A stretch of 63,956 bases of DNA, the filler included, from Hausera hauseri (Eukaryota), in NCBI GenBank assembly GCA_046269625.1. It is 12 parts of 12 records of this genome, joined end to end, with 100 filler letters (N's around TTAATTAATTAA, not from the genome) between each part and the next. Parts side by side here need not be neighbours in the genome. Positions count along the whole stretch, not along the records: positions 38,641 to 44,415 come from JBJURY010191416.1; positions 44,516 to 50,071 come from JBJURY010231517.1; 10 more parts are not named here. One strand, given 5' to 3'. The translations under genes and the position numbers were made by a program. The first letter of the stretch is position 1. Each line of letters opens with the position of its first letter. This document shows, piece by piece, positions 38,641-49,840 of the stretch. The notes beneath the pieces are model-generated. The model was not told where the DNA came from, did not search any database, and was given only the letters and a program-made list of their open reading frames with translations.

Positions 38641-38763
38641 TGCAAAAATCAATAATATGGGTTTTGCGATATTTCCAATATTGATTATTAGCACATGCGA
38701 CAGGGTTCAATCGACTGGAAACACTGTGCACTATCTGATTGTGCAATTAGAATTTAAATCAAT
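38641..38763 (+). repeat. Part of the left terminal inverted repeat of the Polinton family
   Basis: Ungapped reverse-complement match to 59673-59795, about 14 mismatches in 123 bp by hand count. Confidence 0.7.
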
Positions 38764-39443
38764 ATTATTCGAGTGGATTTAGAATAATATCGATCCAAAG
38801 TACAACTGATGCAGACTTCCCATAGTATTTTTAGGTCCTAAGGAATCAAAATTCGATACAACATTTAATGGGGACAGATAGGAAGTCGAGTATGGCGATC
38901 TCAAATATCGAGTCGAATATTTGAAATTCGAACATTTTTGACTTAAATATCGAAATTTTTAAGAAATCTGACAAAGGCATTCGATTTCCCATGTTAGAGT
39001 ACCCTAGATGCATTAAAGTTATTCCATGAAAATGTGCTATATAGATACAAAATCAATATTTCGAATTAAGCAGAATGTGCATTTAAAGCTCTGTGAAGCG
39101 GAAATCAATAAATCTAATAGCGCATACATATAGGAATTCATATGTGACAAATCGGAGTATGACGTCAGATATTCGAAATCAAGCTTTCCAATCAAATATT
39201 TAGCTATTCAAACTCGAACACTCGGTAAAACATGCATTATTTGAAGAATTTAATGACGACATTAGATTCCCCTTGTATGAAAACCTATAAACTAGTTGGC
39301 GCCTGACATGCATTTAATTTATTTGATGCATTAAAACAAAGTGTTCTAGAATGTTCTAAAATTCAAAATTTAAAAATCCATGAATGAGGCAATGTGCGTT
39401 TTCATGGCTATATGTTTCATCATTTCCAAATTCTCTTCCACGA

Positions 39444-42400
39444 ATGGTGAAATTTTATTTTTGCTTTTCAAAATAATTGATTGATTTTTAGATGTATAAT
39501 CTATACAAAGAGTGCTAGGCTCAAATCAACGAGCCCCAAAATGGTCACAACATTATGAAGAAATATTTCAGCCATCTATCCAACATGGCTGAGTATTATA
39601 TATGTTTTACATGTAAAGTAGTGTGCCAAACCAATTATGAAGACTTTTACAATGCCCATAAACAACGCCTGATTTCCTTTACCAAGTCGAAAAAACAAAT
39701 ATTCAATATCACTATGCCAATAATGACTTCCATGTATAAGCAAAATCAAAGATGCAGTTCATACGTGTATTGTACATGTGCAATACGCAACCCTCAGAAC
39801 TGTCATAATACCATGAGGAGCTACTACGGATACAAATCCAATAGGATCCTCTATTATATTTGCCGAGGATTTGAGGCTGTATATGATGGAGAATACATGC
39901 AGTTTTACGAAAATCATATTGCCCATTTGACAGACTTCACGTCAAAGACAAAGAAGGTCATCTTTAGTAAGCAGAAGCATAAGCCTGCTTCGGCAGCACA
40001 GCCAGTTGTACAGCTTGCTTCGGCAGCACAGCCAGTTGTACAGCCTGCTGCGTCAGCCAGGCCCCATGCAGGACTAAAACGTACAGCAGCAGCACCAGAT
40101 GCTCTACCAAAAGCCAAAGACAGCGGCCATTTGATGCAGTAGCATTAAAGAGAAAATGCTGCAGATATGTTATTGATGCAACAACCCTCCAAGACTTCCT
40201 CTTATGCACAAAGGACTAGACAGAGGGAATTCATTAGGACAACATGGGTCAGCTTAAAGTCCTTAAAGTCAATTTGAAGCTGGAGGCCACATACATCAAT
40301 GTTGATGGTGAAGAATCCAATAGGGTCTTCAAGACCAAAAATAGGCCAATATTGGGAAACACTAATATAGCAGAATGTCTGCAAGAGGTGCACTAGAAAC
40401 TGATACGTGAAGTCGGGGACAGCCAGGATGAGAAAAGCGGATGGCGTCTGGAAAACACCAAGAGATTGATTGTATATGTGCACAAGTAGTCCCCATGCCG
40501 GGCAGTTCGTATATTCAGCTCCCTGAATGGATAGTTAATAAAAAAGCATGCATCAGTGTCCATAGTAGAGACAACATATGTTTCGTGTATGCCATTCTAT
40601 CAAAACTCTTAACGGATCAAAAGCATGCTTACCGTGTTTGGCTATATAAGGATTTGCAGAACAACTATGACTTTCAATGTATTAAGTTCCCTCCATCCAT
40701 AGATAAAATCGAAAAATTTAGAAAAGTTAACAACATGTCCATCAATTACTTTGAATTGGAAGAGGTGAACAAATTCTATCCCCTGCAGATATGCGATACT
40801 GAATTGGAAGATCATAGGGCTTTGCTCCTACTAGACGATGGAGAAAAGAAACATTATATTTGGACAAAAGACTTTGAGAGGTTAGTAAGGTCCCAAATTA
40901 CGAAACAACATGGACAAATAGAAATATGGAAACAATGCTTGTCCCATTTGAGAGGCGATGTAACTGTATTGAAGCTTGCAGAGCGCAAGGTGTACTGCAA
41001 CAACAATTATTGTATCAGGCCAGAATTTCCCAAAGAGGACTACAGTGAACTCAAGGAGTTCGAGAAGAAGATCAAGGTCCCAATAGTTATCTATTGCGAA
41101 TTTGAGGCTATTCTGCGTCCAGTACAGAGCTGCAGTCTTAATCTCCAACATAGCACCACAACGGCATATCTATAATATGAACTTTCATCATATTTTATGT
41201 ATGCCAAAGGGACTGGACAGTGAACTATATCTATTCGGGGGTCCAGGCGCAGCAGCTTATTTCATAAAACCACTTGAAGACATGAGTCATAGGATTGGAG
41301 ATCTGCTGCAGCAGCATAAGGATACAATGAGTATGGTGAAGATGACGGAAGAAGAATGGCACATGGCAATATAATGTTACTTGTGATCCAAATCGTTTAC
41401 TAAGGATAATTATAAACTCAGTGATCACTGCCATTTTACAGGCATATATAGATGCGCGGCATGCAACAACTGAAATGTACACTGCAAAACATGTACATAT
41501 GTCCCAGTAGTGTTTCACAACCTCAGTGAATATGATTCCCATTTCATTGTTCGGGAACTGGGAAATACTGAAGGAAACCTTGATGTGATCCCAAGCAGTG
41601 ATGAGAAGTATATTACATTTACCAAGCATGTTGGGAAAATCTGGCTCCGCTTTGTAGACAGCTTCCGTTTCATGTCGTCTTCACTTGACAGTTTAGTTAA
41701 GAACCTCCCTGCAGAAGAACTGAAGGAGACAAAGGGGTTCTTCTCTACTACATTTGAACTAGTCAAGAGGAAAGGCCTGCTTTTCTATGACTATATAACC
41801 TCATGTGAAACACTGGATGAAACCTCACTGCCGGCCAAGAAGGACTTTTACAGTATCCTCTCAGATAGCAATATCAGCGACATGGAATACCAGCATGCTC
41901 AGAACGTCTAGCATGCATTCCAATGCCGAACATTAGGTGAATATAGCGATATATATCTCAAGACGGATGTGCTGCTTTTGACGGATGTCTTTGAGAGTTT
42001 CAGGGATGTTACGATGAAGAGCCATGCATTGGATCCGGCTTATTTCTTTACGGCTCTAGGTATGAACTGGGCAGCAATAGTGGGATATACAGGTGTCCGG
42101 CTGCAAATCATAGAGGATTATGACATGGTCCTCATGATTGAGAGAGGCATTAGAGGCGGAATATGCCAAGCCATTCACCGGTATAGTGAGGCCAACAACA
42201 CGTATATGGCCCAGTATGACCCATCCAAGGAATCCTCGTATATATCATACCTAGATGCCAACAATCTATGTGGTTGGGCAATGAGCGCTCCATTGCCATA
42301 TGATGACTTCAAGTGAGTCAAGCATCCTGAAAACATCCTTGTACTGGACCTGGATCCCACTGGAGGTACGGATTACATACTGGAGGTGGATATGGAATAT

Positions 42401-43452
42401 CCAACTTCTATCCACATAAGGCATTAACAGCTGTCTTTCCTCCGTGAGAGCAAGCTTCAGCCCCATGGAAAGCATAGAAAGCTCCTCTTCCATCTGGACA
42501 GTAAGGAGAGGTATGTTGTCGACTACATAAATCTTCATCAGACGGTTAGGTATGGATTCCACATTACTAAGATCCATGGGGCCCTGCAGTTCAGCCAGTG
42601 TCACTGGCTGCAGCCTTACATAAATATTTATACGAAGCTTCTGACCAATGCCAAGAACGACTTTGAGAAGGACCAGTTCAAGCTTTACAACAACAGCGTT
42701 TTTGGAAAACCATGGAGAATATCTGCAACAGGATCAACATCGAGTTGGTTTGTGAGTGGTAGCGGGCAACGAATNNNNNNNNNNCATTGCCAAGTCCAAC
42801 TTCCACAGTAGCACCATATATGCGGAGAACGTGGTCAGTATCTATATGCTGAAAACATATTTGAAATTCAGTAAGCCCATAAATGTGAGTATGGCAATAC
42901 TAAATCTGTGAAGAACCTTGATGTACCAATTCCACTATGACATCATGGTCCCCATATTCAAGTCCATACAGCTGATGCTTATGGATACTGATAGTTTCAT
43001 CTATCAAATCCATACTGAGGACACACATGCAGACTTTATTAAGTTAGCATAGCATATGGATACGTCTGACTATCCGAAGGAGCATCCCAACTATTCAATT
43101 ACCAACAAGAAAGTCCTTGTGAAATTCAAAAATGAGGCGATTGGGGCAATCATCTCGAGATCTGTAGATCTTAGGTCCAACATGTATGCCCTTGATGTAT
43201 GTGGCCAAGTAAAGAAGCGGGCTAAAAGGGTTTAAAGGACGACCTTAGCCAATAAGATTGGCTTCGACGACTGTTAGAGTTCTGCATGAGCAAACACACA
43301 TCATATCATAGATGCGAAGGATCCAGTGTAGGGATCATAACATTGATACAGTAGCATAACAGAAGAAAACCCTAAATTGGATGGACGACAAGAGGCAGAT
43401 CCTGGGTGATGGAATAAGCACACAACCTCACGGGCATGCTGCATTAATGTAA
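39444..43452 (+). pseudogene. Full-length Polinton pPolB polyprotein gene, decayed
   Basis: Tandem Cys/His repeats; PASAAQPVVQ linker; EKSGW; LPEWIVNKKAC..DNICF...HYIW; IYCEFEAIL; DHCHFTG..AACNN; FHNLSEYDSHF; YLKTDVLLLTDVFE; YLDANNL; KLYNNSVFGK; MDTDS; DDKR..PHGH. Confidence 0.95.
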
Positions 43453-43642
43453 ATATCTTTGTTATGACATTTTGTATTTTTGTATTAATAAATCTTATAA
43501 GAAATATCGTGTTATCTTCTTGATCAAGTAATGTGGAATGAGGCCAAATAAAACTAAATAAATACTATATAGGCCAAGTAAATAAATCAATAAATTTGAA
43601 ATTCAAATAAAAATCGATCATTATTTCTGCCATTATTCCTAA

Positions 43643-43917
43643 ATGGTTAAACATGTTCAATTTGTCTGGAGGAGATGGTAGAAAAGCCTATGCGTATGGC
43701 TACTTGCAACACATACTTTTGTGTGGTGTGTCTTCAGAAATGGCTATGTCGTAAAATGTCATGCCCAATATGCAGGATATATAGCGATTATGTCATTATA
43801 CAAGATGCAGAGGACTAGGGTTTATACGTGTTGTGGGAAGGGTGTTTGATAAAGACCTTACATGATCTCTGGCTTGACACAGAAACTGGATATGACAGTG
43901 ATGAAACCATTATGTGA
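43643..43917 (+). pseudogene. RING-finger (C3HC4-type) protein
   Basis: CSICLEEMVEKPMRMATCNTYFCVVCLQKWLCRKMSCPICR. There is a frameshift after the ATG and one internal stop. It is absent from the supplied ORF track. Confidence 0.8.
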
Positions 43918-43985
43918 TTATTTGCTTAATACATGATTTTACTGTATTTATTGTCTTATAAAACCAACGATTTTTAATAACACAT

Positions 43986-44106
43986 TTATTTCGCAACAGC
44001 ATAACTTTGACATAACGCTAAAGACTTTTTATATGCACAGTGTATTGCATTAATATGTATATATTCGTAATTCTGGAAATATACTGTTAAATATCTTCTT
44101 CGCCAT
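43986..44106 (-). pseudogene. C-terminal remnant of the DEDD-like nuclease
   Basis: IFPELRIYTY...HCAYKKSLALC, homologous to QFPELRMTTY...HCAYKKGLRLC at 38150-38290. Confidence 0.7.
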
Positions 44107-44415
44107 GTGATCCCTTGGGAATGGAAAATTAAACTATTTTAGTTCTTCGTACGGGATATATGGCACTTTTACTATGAAGACCCTATGTATGAGCCATTCT
44201 CACAGATTCCTGGAGACGAACACGTTGTATTAGTAATTTAGCTTCCACAACATACATGTGAGGCTTAATTTCTGTTTCAGTACCACTTTTTGCATAATGA
44301 AAGATAGTTAGGCTATCATTTCTATGCATCTTGATTGTTAGATTGACACTGGGTATGCGATATTTCGGCTGCTGAAAAAATCCAAGTTTAATGGCCAACA
44401 TAATGTCATTGGAGC
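44107..44415 (-). pseudogene. Polinton major capsid protein (PY/hexon-like) internal fragment
   Basis: LNLDFF/QQPKYRIPSVNLTIKMHRN...AKLLIQRVRL..SV..AH..L....AIYPVRR...FSIPKG is the characteristic MCP mid-region. Confidence 0.8.
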
Positions 44416-44524
44416 NNNNNNNNNNNNNNNNNNNNNNNNNNNNNNNNNNNNNNNNNNNNTTAATTAATTAANNNNNNNNNNNNNNNNNNNNNNNNNNNNN
44501 NNNNNNNNNNNNNNNTTAAAAATG

Positions 44525-44781
44525 TAGCATTGTATGCATTAATTTTGTTGTGAATAATATAGTATATTTTTACTGTCTAATTAGATGGATAAAAGACGGA
44601 GAGCAACAAATGCACCTGTATATTGTAAACGGTATAAATAAAACTAAAATACAAATTATGCAATATATTCTATCTTACGCTGCTACACTCCATTTGTTTA
44701 TCACACTTGGTCTTTTACCCATCTAATTAGACAGTAAAATATACTATATTATTCACAACGGAATTAATGCACACAATACTA
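44525..44781. mobile_element. MITE-like element with ~70-bp TIRs
   Basis: 44525-44597 is the near reverse complement of 44710-44781. The interior is non-coding. Confidence 0.7.
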
Positions 44782-45522
44782 ATACCAGTTAGCGAGATCA
44801 TGCATTTGTATTGGCTTAACTTAACAACATTTCAATCAAACAAATGCATAACCGCTTTTTTGGGCACCCTGTATGACGCCGACCAACAAACTGAACAATA
44901 AAATTTCCGATATCTTTCATTTTCTCCGAAAAAAGTTCATAGCATTCAAAGATCAAAATTTTGAATATCCAGCAAATTGTACTACTATAACTGGAACATT
45001 GGATGCATGTGCAAAGGTATGTCAAAGTAATTTTATGATTGTATGTCTTTCTTATTATAGACAGTTAATAAAAAATCGTAATTCCCATTGTCACTCCGTA
45101 CATGCTATAGCTCTGTACGTTTCACACAATTATAAAGAGTCCAACGATAACAATCTATTCCGCAAATCCCAAAAAACTATAACCCAGTACTCATACTCCA
45201 AAACACCTCATTCAAGTTCATTGGTTGGAGCAATAAATACCGTAACCAATCTCTCACATACGAGCGTTGATTGCCGCATGGCAACACTTCCCGATGCTCT
45301 GTTCGCTGCGCAACCAAGGAGTTACCTGGTTGAGAGACCGAGCACGCCCGCCTCCTACGCGCTCCAACATTCCCCGAGCATTACATTACATCCCCTTTCC
45401 CTTTTTATTTTTTTCAACAATAAACACGTGTATACATTAAGTGCTACATACAAACATACTGCACACACTCTTTACTCTTCATTACCTTCTTTCTTCGGCA
45501 CCTTTGACTTTTACTTCATACA

Positions 45523-48500
45523 TAATGGTTTGACCCTGCTCCCATCCGACTCTATGTCATCTTTTACATTCGGCAAACATGCGATCATTCATATCACTCT
45601 CCATTTTCGTATCCTTGGCAGATCAGACTCCGATTCTTCTTATGCTGGAAACTCCGCCAAAACTAGATATGGTCGTCGTCCTGTTGAATTTACACCATCT
45701 GCTTCTCACAACCTTTCTTGTGTAGATTTCTATTTGGATAAGGCCAATTCCAGCCTTACCTGACTACAATTTCATTTTCAATGTCTCAAGACCAACCACA
45801 TCACCTATTCTTTTCTGCGCGCTAACAGTTTGCTACTACTGCTTCCATCACAAATAAAACAAAAATCACCAATCTTTCTGAGATACAAATTTGTTCAACT
45901 CCATACGACATGCTATATGAATCTGTCCTACATATTACAAATCCGTCAGTTGACAATATCATACAAAAATACTTTAATAAACATGCCACTGTCACACAAA
46001 AGCCTTCTGATTTTATTAAAACTGCAATTTCTTAGCAGAGTGCCTTAGGCGTTACTCCGGCAAACAACGCCGATCTTCTTCGTCGATATTTTCCTTCCGC
46101 CTTACTCACTTCCATGACAGCGTTGCTTACTGTCATAGACGACTCAACGGGACTTGAAAAACTCATCTTATTGTCAAATAAAAGCTTTGACATCCTACAA
46201 TCAAATAACTCACAAACAGTAGCCGCTGCAACCCCGCTTACGCAATCACGAACAGATACGACTATGTTCATACAGCAACTACAAATAATGCAAAAGCAGT
46301 ATGATATCCTGCAACAGTCAATTTCGGCCATTACAGCTCAGCTAAATACTTTAGTTGCATCTCGACGAGGTGAGACCCGCTCCTCGCTTGAGCGTAGCCT
46401 CTCTAAGCATTCTTTTCGTGACAAATCGCCGGGCAGACGAATAATTTGTTTCTATCATGAAAAGTTTCACAGTGATACGAAGAAGTGTCTTTTGGGCTGT
46501 CGCTTTTATAACGACCGTTTTGCAGTGAACACACCTATTTGTATATATCACACAAAGTATCATTCAAAGGCTAGATCATGTGTGCCGGGGTGCAAATATT
46601 GTAAGAACAACTCCGGCTTTTTTTCCTCTTCCTCTCCTCTTCCTTTTCGTTCTTCTTTTTCTCATCAACACTCAAGAAACCAATAACGCCGCCAGATGAC
46701 ACAGCACATTCTGGCATTGGCAACACATTTCAATCCTCTGGCCGTTTCAACACCGTCTCTGCAGTATTTCTGTTGAAAGCTGCACTGTTATTTAGAGGCA
46801 CTTCATACATCGACTTTCTTATCTATTCAGGAGCTGCTTATTCACTTCTTCCATTATCTTTCGCTCCTACATCTACTACAGTTTTTTCTCTTACAATCTT
46901 CACTACCAGTGGTCAACCCTTGCATACTGTAGGTACCACAAAACTGTTCTTCACATTCTCCAACCTACGAGGCAAATTTTCTTGGAAATTTCACGTAGCC
47001 AATATTATATCGCCAATAATAGTCTCCAATTTCCTGGCTGAACACGACCTGTTAGTTGACTGCAAGCATGGATGTCTTCTGCGCAGAAACTCCGTTGTAG
47101 ATACCAACAAATGCTTACCAGACAACCAATCGGACACTTTCTTGCCTTCCTCTGTTCATTCAAATGTGAATTTGACATAATGTTTGTCTGGTGATAACAA
47201 TACGTTTAATAATTCATCCATATTTTCAATTACGTCAAGTGGGACCAAGTCAATTTTGAAACAATCGGTTGAACCGAATGTCATTAATGGCGTGTTCAAT
47301 CATTCTTCATCAATCACAGCAACTGACTCTTCCAATAATATGCCTCCATCATTCTTATCGCTGAAGTCCAGTTTTAAATCCTACATTACAACTTCTTGCT
47401 TTCGCACTCTCAAAAAGGACGTCAATTTCAAGCTACCTTCTACAACTTATCACCACATAGTCACCGGCCACCAAAGACCTATCAGACAAAAGGTCAGACC
47501 ACTGTCACCTCGTAGGCAAAAAGCCGTTGAATCAGAGTTCAACAAACTTGAGAAGGCTGGTATTATTCGAAGATAAAAATCACCATGGGCTTCGCCATTG
47601 CATGTAGTAATAAAGAAAGATACACTTGCAAACCATGTGGTGACTATCGGCAGTTAAACAACTTAACAGTACTGAATGCTTACCCTTTACCTCTCATAAA
47701 GGACATTCTGCACAGTCTTACCAATATTAATGCGCACTGCACAATTGATTTGCATAAAGCTTATCATAAAATTCTGGTTGCATCTGATAATATTCCAAAA
47801 ACTTCTGCTACTACTCTCTTTGGCCTCTATGAATATATCTTTATGCCACTTGGTTACGTAGCGCTTACGTCCTCTCAGGCTTTTAATTTGCTCATCCATA
47901 TATTGATGACATATTAGTTTCCTCCACATCTGTTAAACAACATTAAGAACAGCTCTATATTATCTTTCACAGACTACATCACAGCAATTTACAAATTAAT
48001 TTCTCCAAATGTCATTTCTTTCAAGAAAAGTGTTAATTTCCTAGGCCACATCAGCACTCCNNNNNNNNNNGGAAAAAAGAGGCATTTAATCCATTGGATT
48101 CTTGACTTATGCACCAAATTCAATCACTTACGCGAAGGCCTTCAACGGTCAAAATACTGGCCTATCCAAAGCCCAACGCAGATCTTATACTTACCAACGA
48201 TGCCTCTGCCACAGCTATTGGTGCAGTACTACATCAGATTTCTAACGACATCGACAAACCATTGGAATTTTACTCTCGAAAACTCACACAACCCAAAAGT
48301 CGTTACTCAACATTTGACCCTGAGTTACTCGCCATAGTTCTGGCAGTAAAACATTTCAAACACCTACTTCCCTCTCGTCCATTTGTTATTAAAACTGACC
48401 ACAAACCTATCCTGCATATCATGTAGTTAAAATAGCCATCACCGAAGCAAGAACGACATATATTATACCTGTCTATATTCAGTTTTGTTTTAGAATACAT

Positions 48501-49840
48501 TTCAGGTACAGGCAACTTGGTAGCGGATTTTCTATCGAGGTCGGTTGGCTCAATTACAACTGAGCCAATTTTCTCATCCTAAGTCTTAACGGCCAATCAA
48601 CCGTCTGCTGATTTCCTTAGCTCTTTCAAATCCTTCGAAATCATTGATGGCATTGCATCTGATACGTTAAATTTTGGTAACAAAAAGATCATTATAATTT
48701 CACCTTTACAAAAGCCAGCTTTTCTTCATACGCATTCCCTCAATCATCCGGGCTCGAAAGCAACTTTTCTCCTCTTCAACATCATATAGTTTTGCCATCA
48801 ATGCGCAAGGATGTACAGGGCTAGGTTAAGGAATGCGTAGCTTGTCAGAAATACAAAGTCAGTAAACATCTTAAACCGCCGCTTTATCATTTCCCCTGTA
48901 CATCACGTTTTCATACAGTTTATCTTGATCTCATTGGCCCTTTATTTTCTAAAAACGGGTATCAATATATCCTTACCATGATGGATCGTGCTTCTCGCTA
49001 GCCTCAAGCTATTCCTCTTCGTTTAACGAACACCAATTCAATAGCTGCCTCCTTTATAAAGATCTGGATCTGTCGTTTTGGTTCCCCACGTTAAATAATA
49101 ACGGATCAAGGTCCACAATTTGAATCGTAACTGTTCAAATCACTTACAAAACACTTAGGAATATCCCATTTCAATACAACACCATATCATCCTCAAGGAA
49201 ATGGCCTTCTTGAAAGGTTCCATCTAACAATGAAAATTTCTTTAAAAATCTTGGCTGACAATCATCGTTATTAAATGTCCATTCTACCTTTTGTTCTACT
49301 AGGATGGCGCAACACACCCTCAACCACTACCGGTTGTGCTCCATCCGAGGCACTCTTTGGGACTTCAATTAGGGATTTATTTGAATTTTCCGATCTCGAC
49401 GACAATCTCACAGACGAAAATATTCGTGCAGCACAATTTCATTTTGTCGAGGTGAGCTTGGACTCGTTCTGCCGTCTCTTTAATAATAACAAATGGTACA
49501 TTTCGATGGATTTATACTCGTTCGAGTTTGTGCGGCTAAAGGATCAATCGCCTTCTGGTTTAGACCCCAATATGTTGGTCCTTACAAACTCCTTAGTCTT
49601 TCATCTCACATAGCTACAATCTTAAACCAAAACAAACCTTACAACGTCCACATTTCGAATCTGAAGCCCGTTTTCTTCATTGTTGACAACCCGGTTGCCA
49701 ATTCTACCTCCGTTTCAAACTCAACCCCTACACCTTCTATTCCATACTCAAATTTTTTCCATGATTTTGCATCGTTACAGCAATCATCTTTCTGTCCCTC
49801 CATTTCATCATGTCCACCAATTTCATCAAAGCGCTAATGC
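45523..49840 (+). mobile_element. Ty3/Gypsy LTR retrotransposon, CsRn1-like lineage, decayed
   Basis: A degenerate tRNA-Trp-type PBS (TGGTTTGACCC at 45526) follows ...TACA. Gag has two CxYH..C..GC (CHCC) fingers. Protease FLI(D)SGA. RT: PWASPLH, CGDYRQLN, YIDDI. RNase H: DASATAIGAVL. Integrase: HPG, C..C, DLIGP, TDQG, YHPQGNG, GPY. Confidence 0.93.

Noticed and set aside
33984-44415. One continuous Polinton genome spanning integrase to capsid
   Set aside because: The two parts are separate contigs joined by an artificial spacer, and both carry a DEDD-like tail, so they are distinct copies.
44873-45763. 296-aa ORF upstream of the Gypsy gag
   Set aside because: It spans host flank, probable LTR and PBS, with no domain. 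Only the last part may be the frameshifted gag start.
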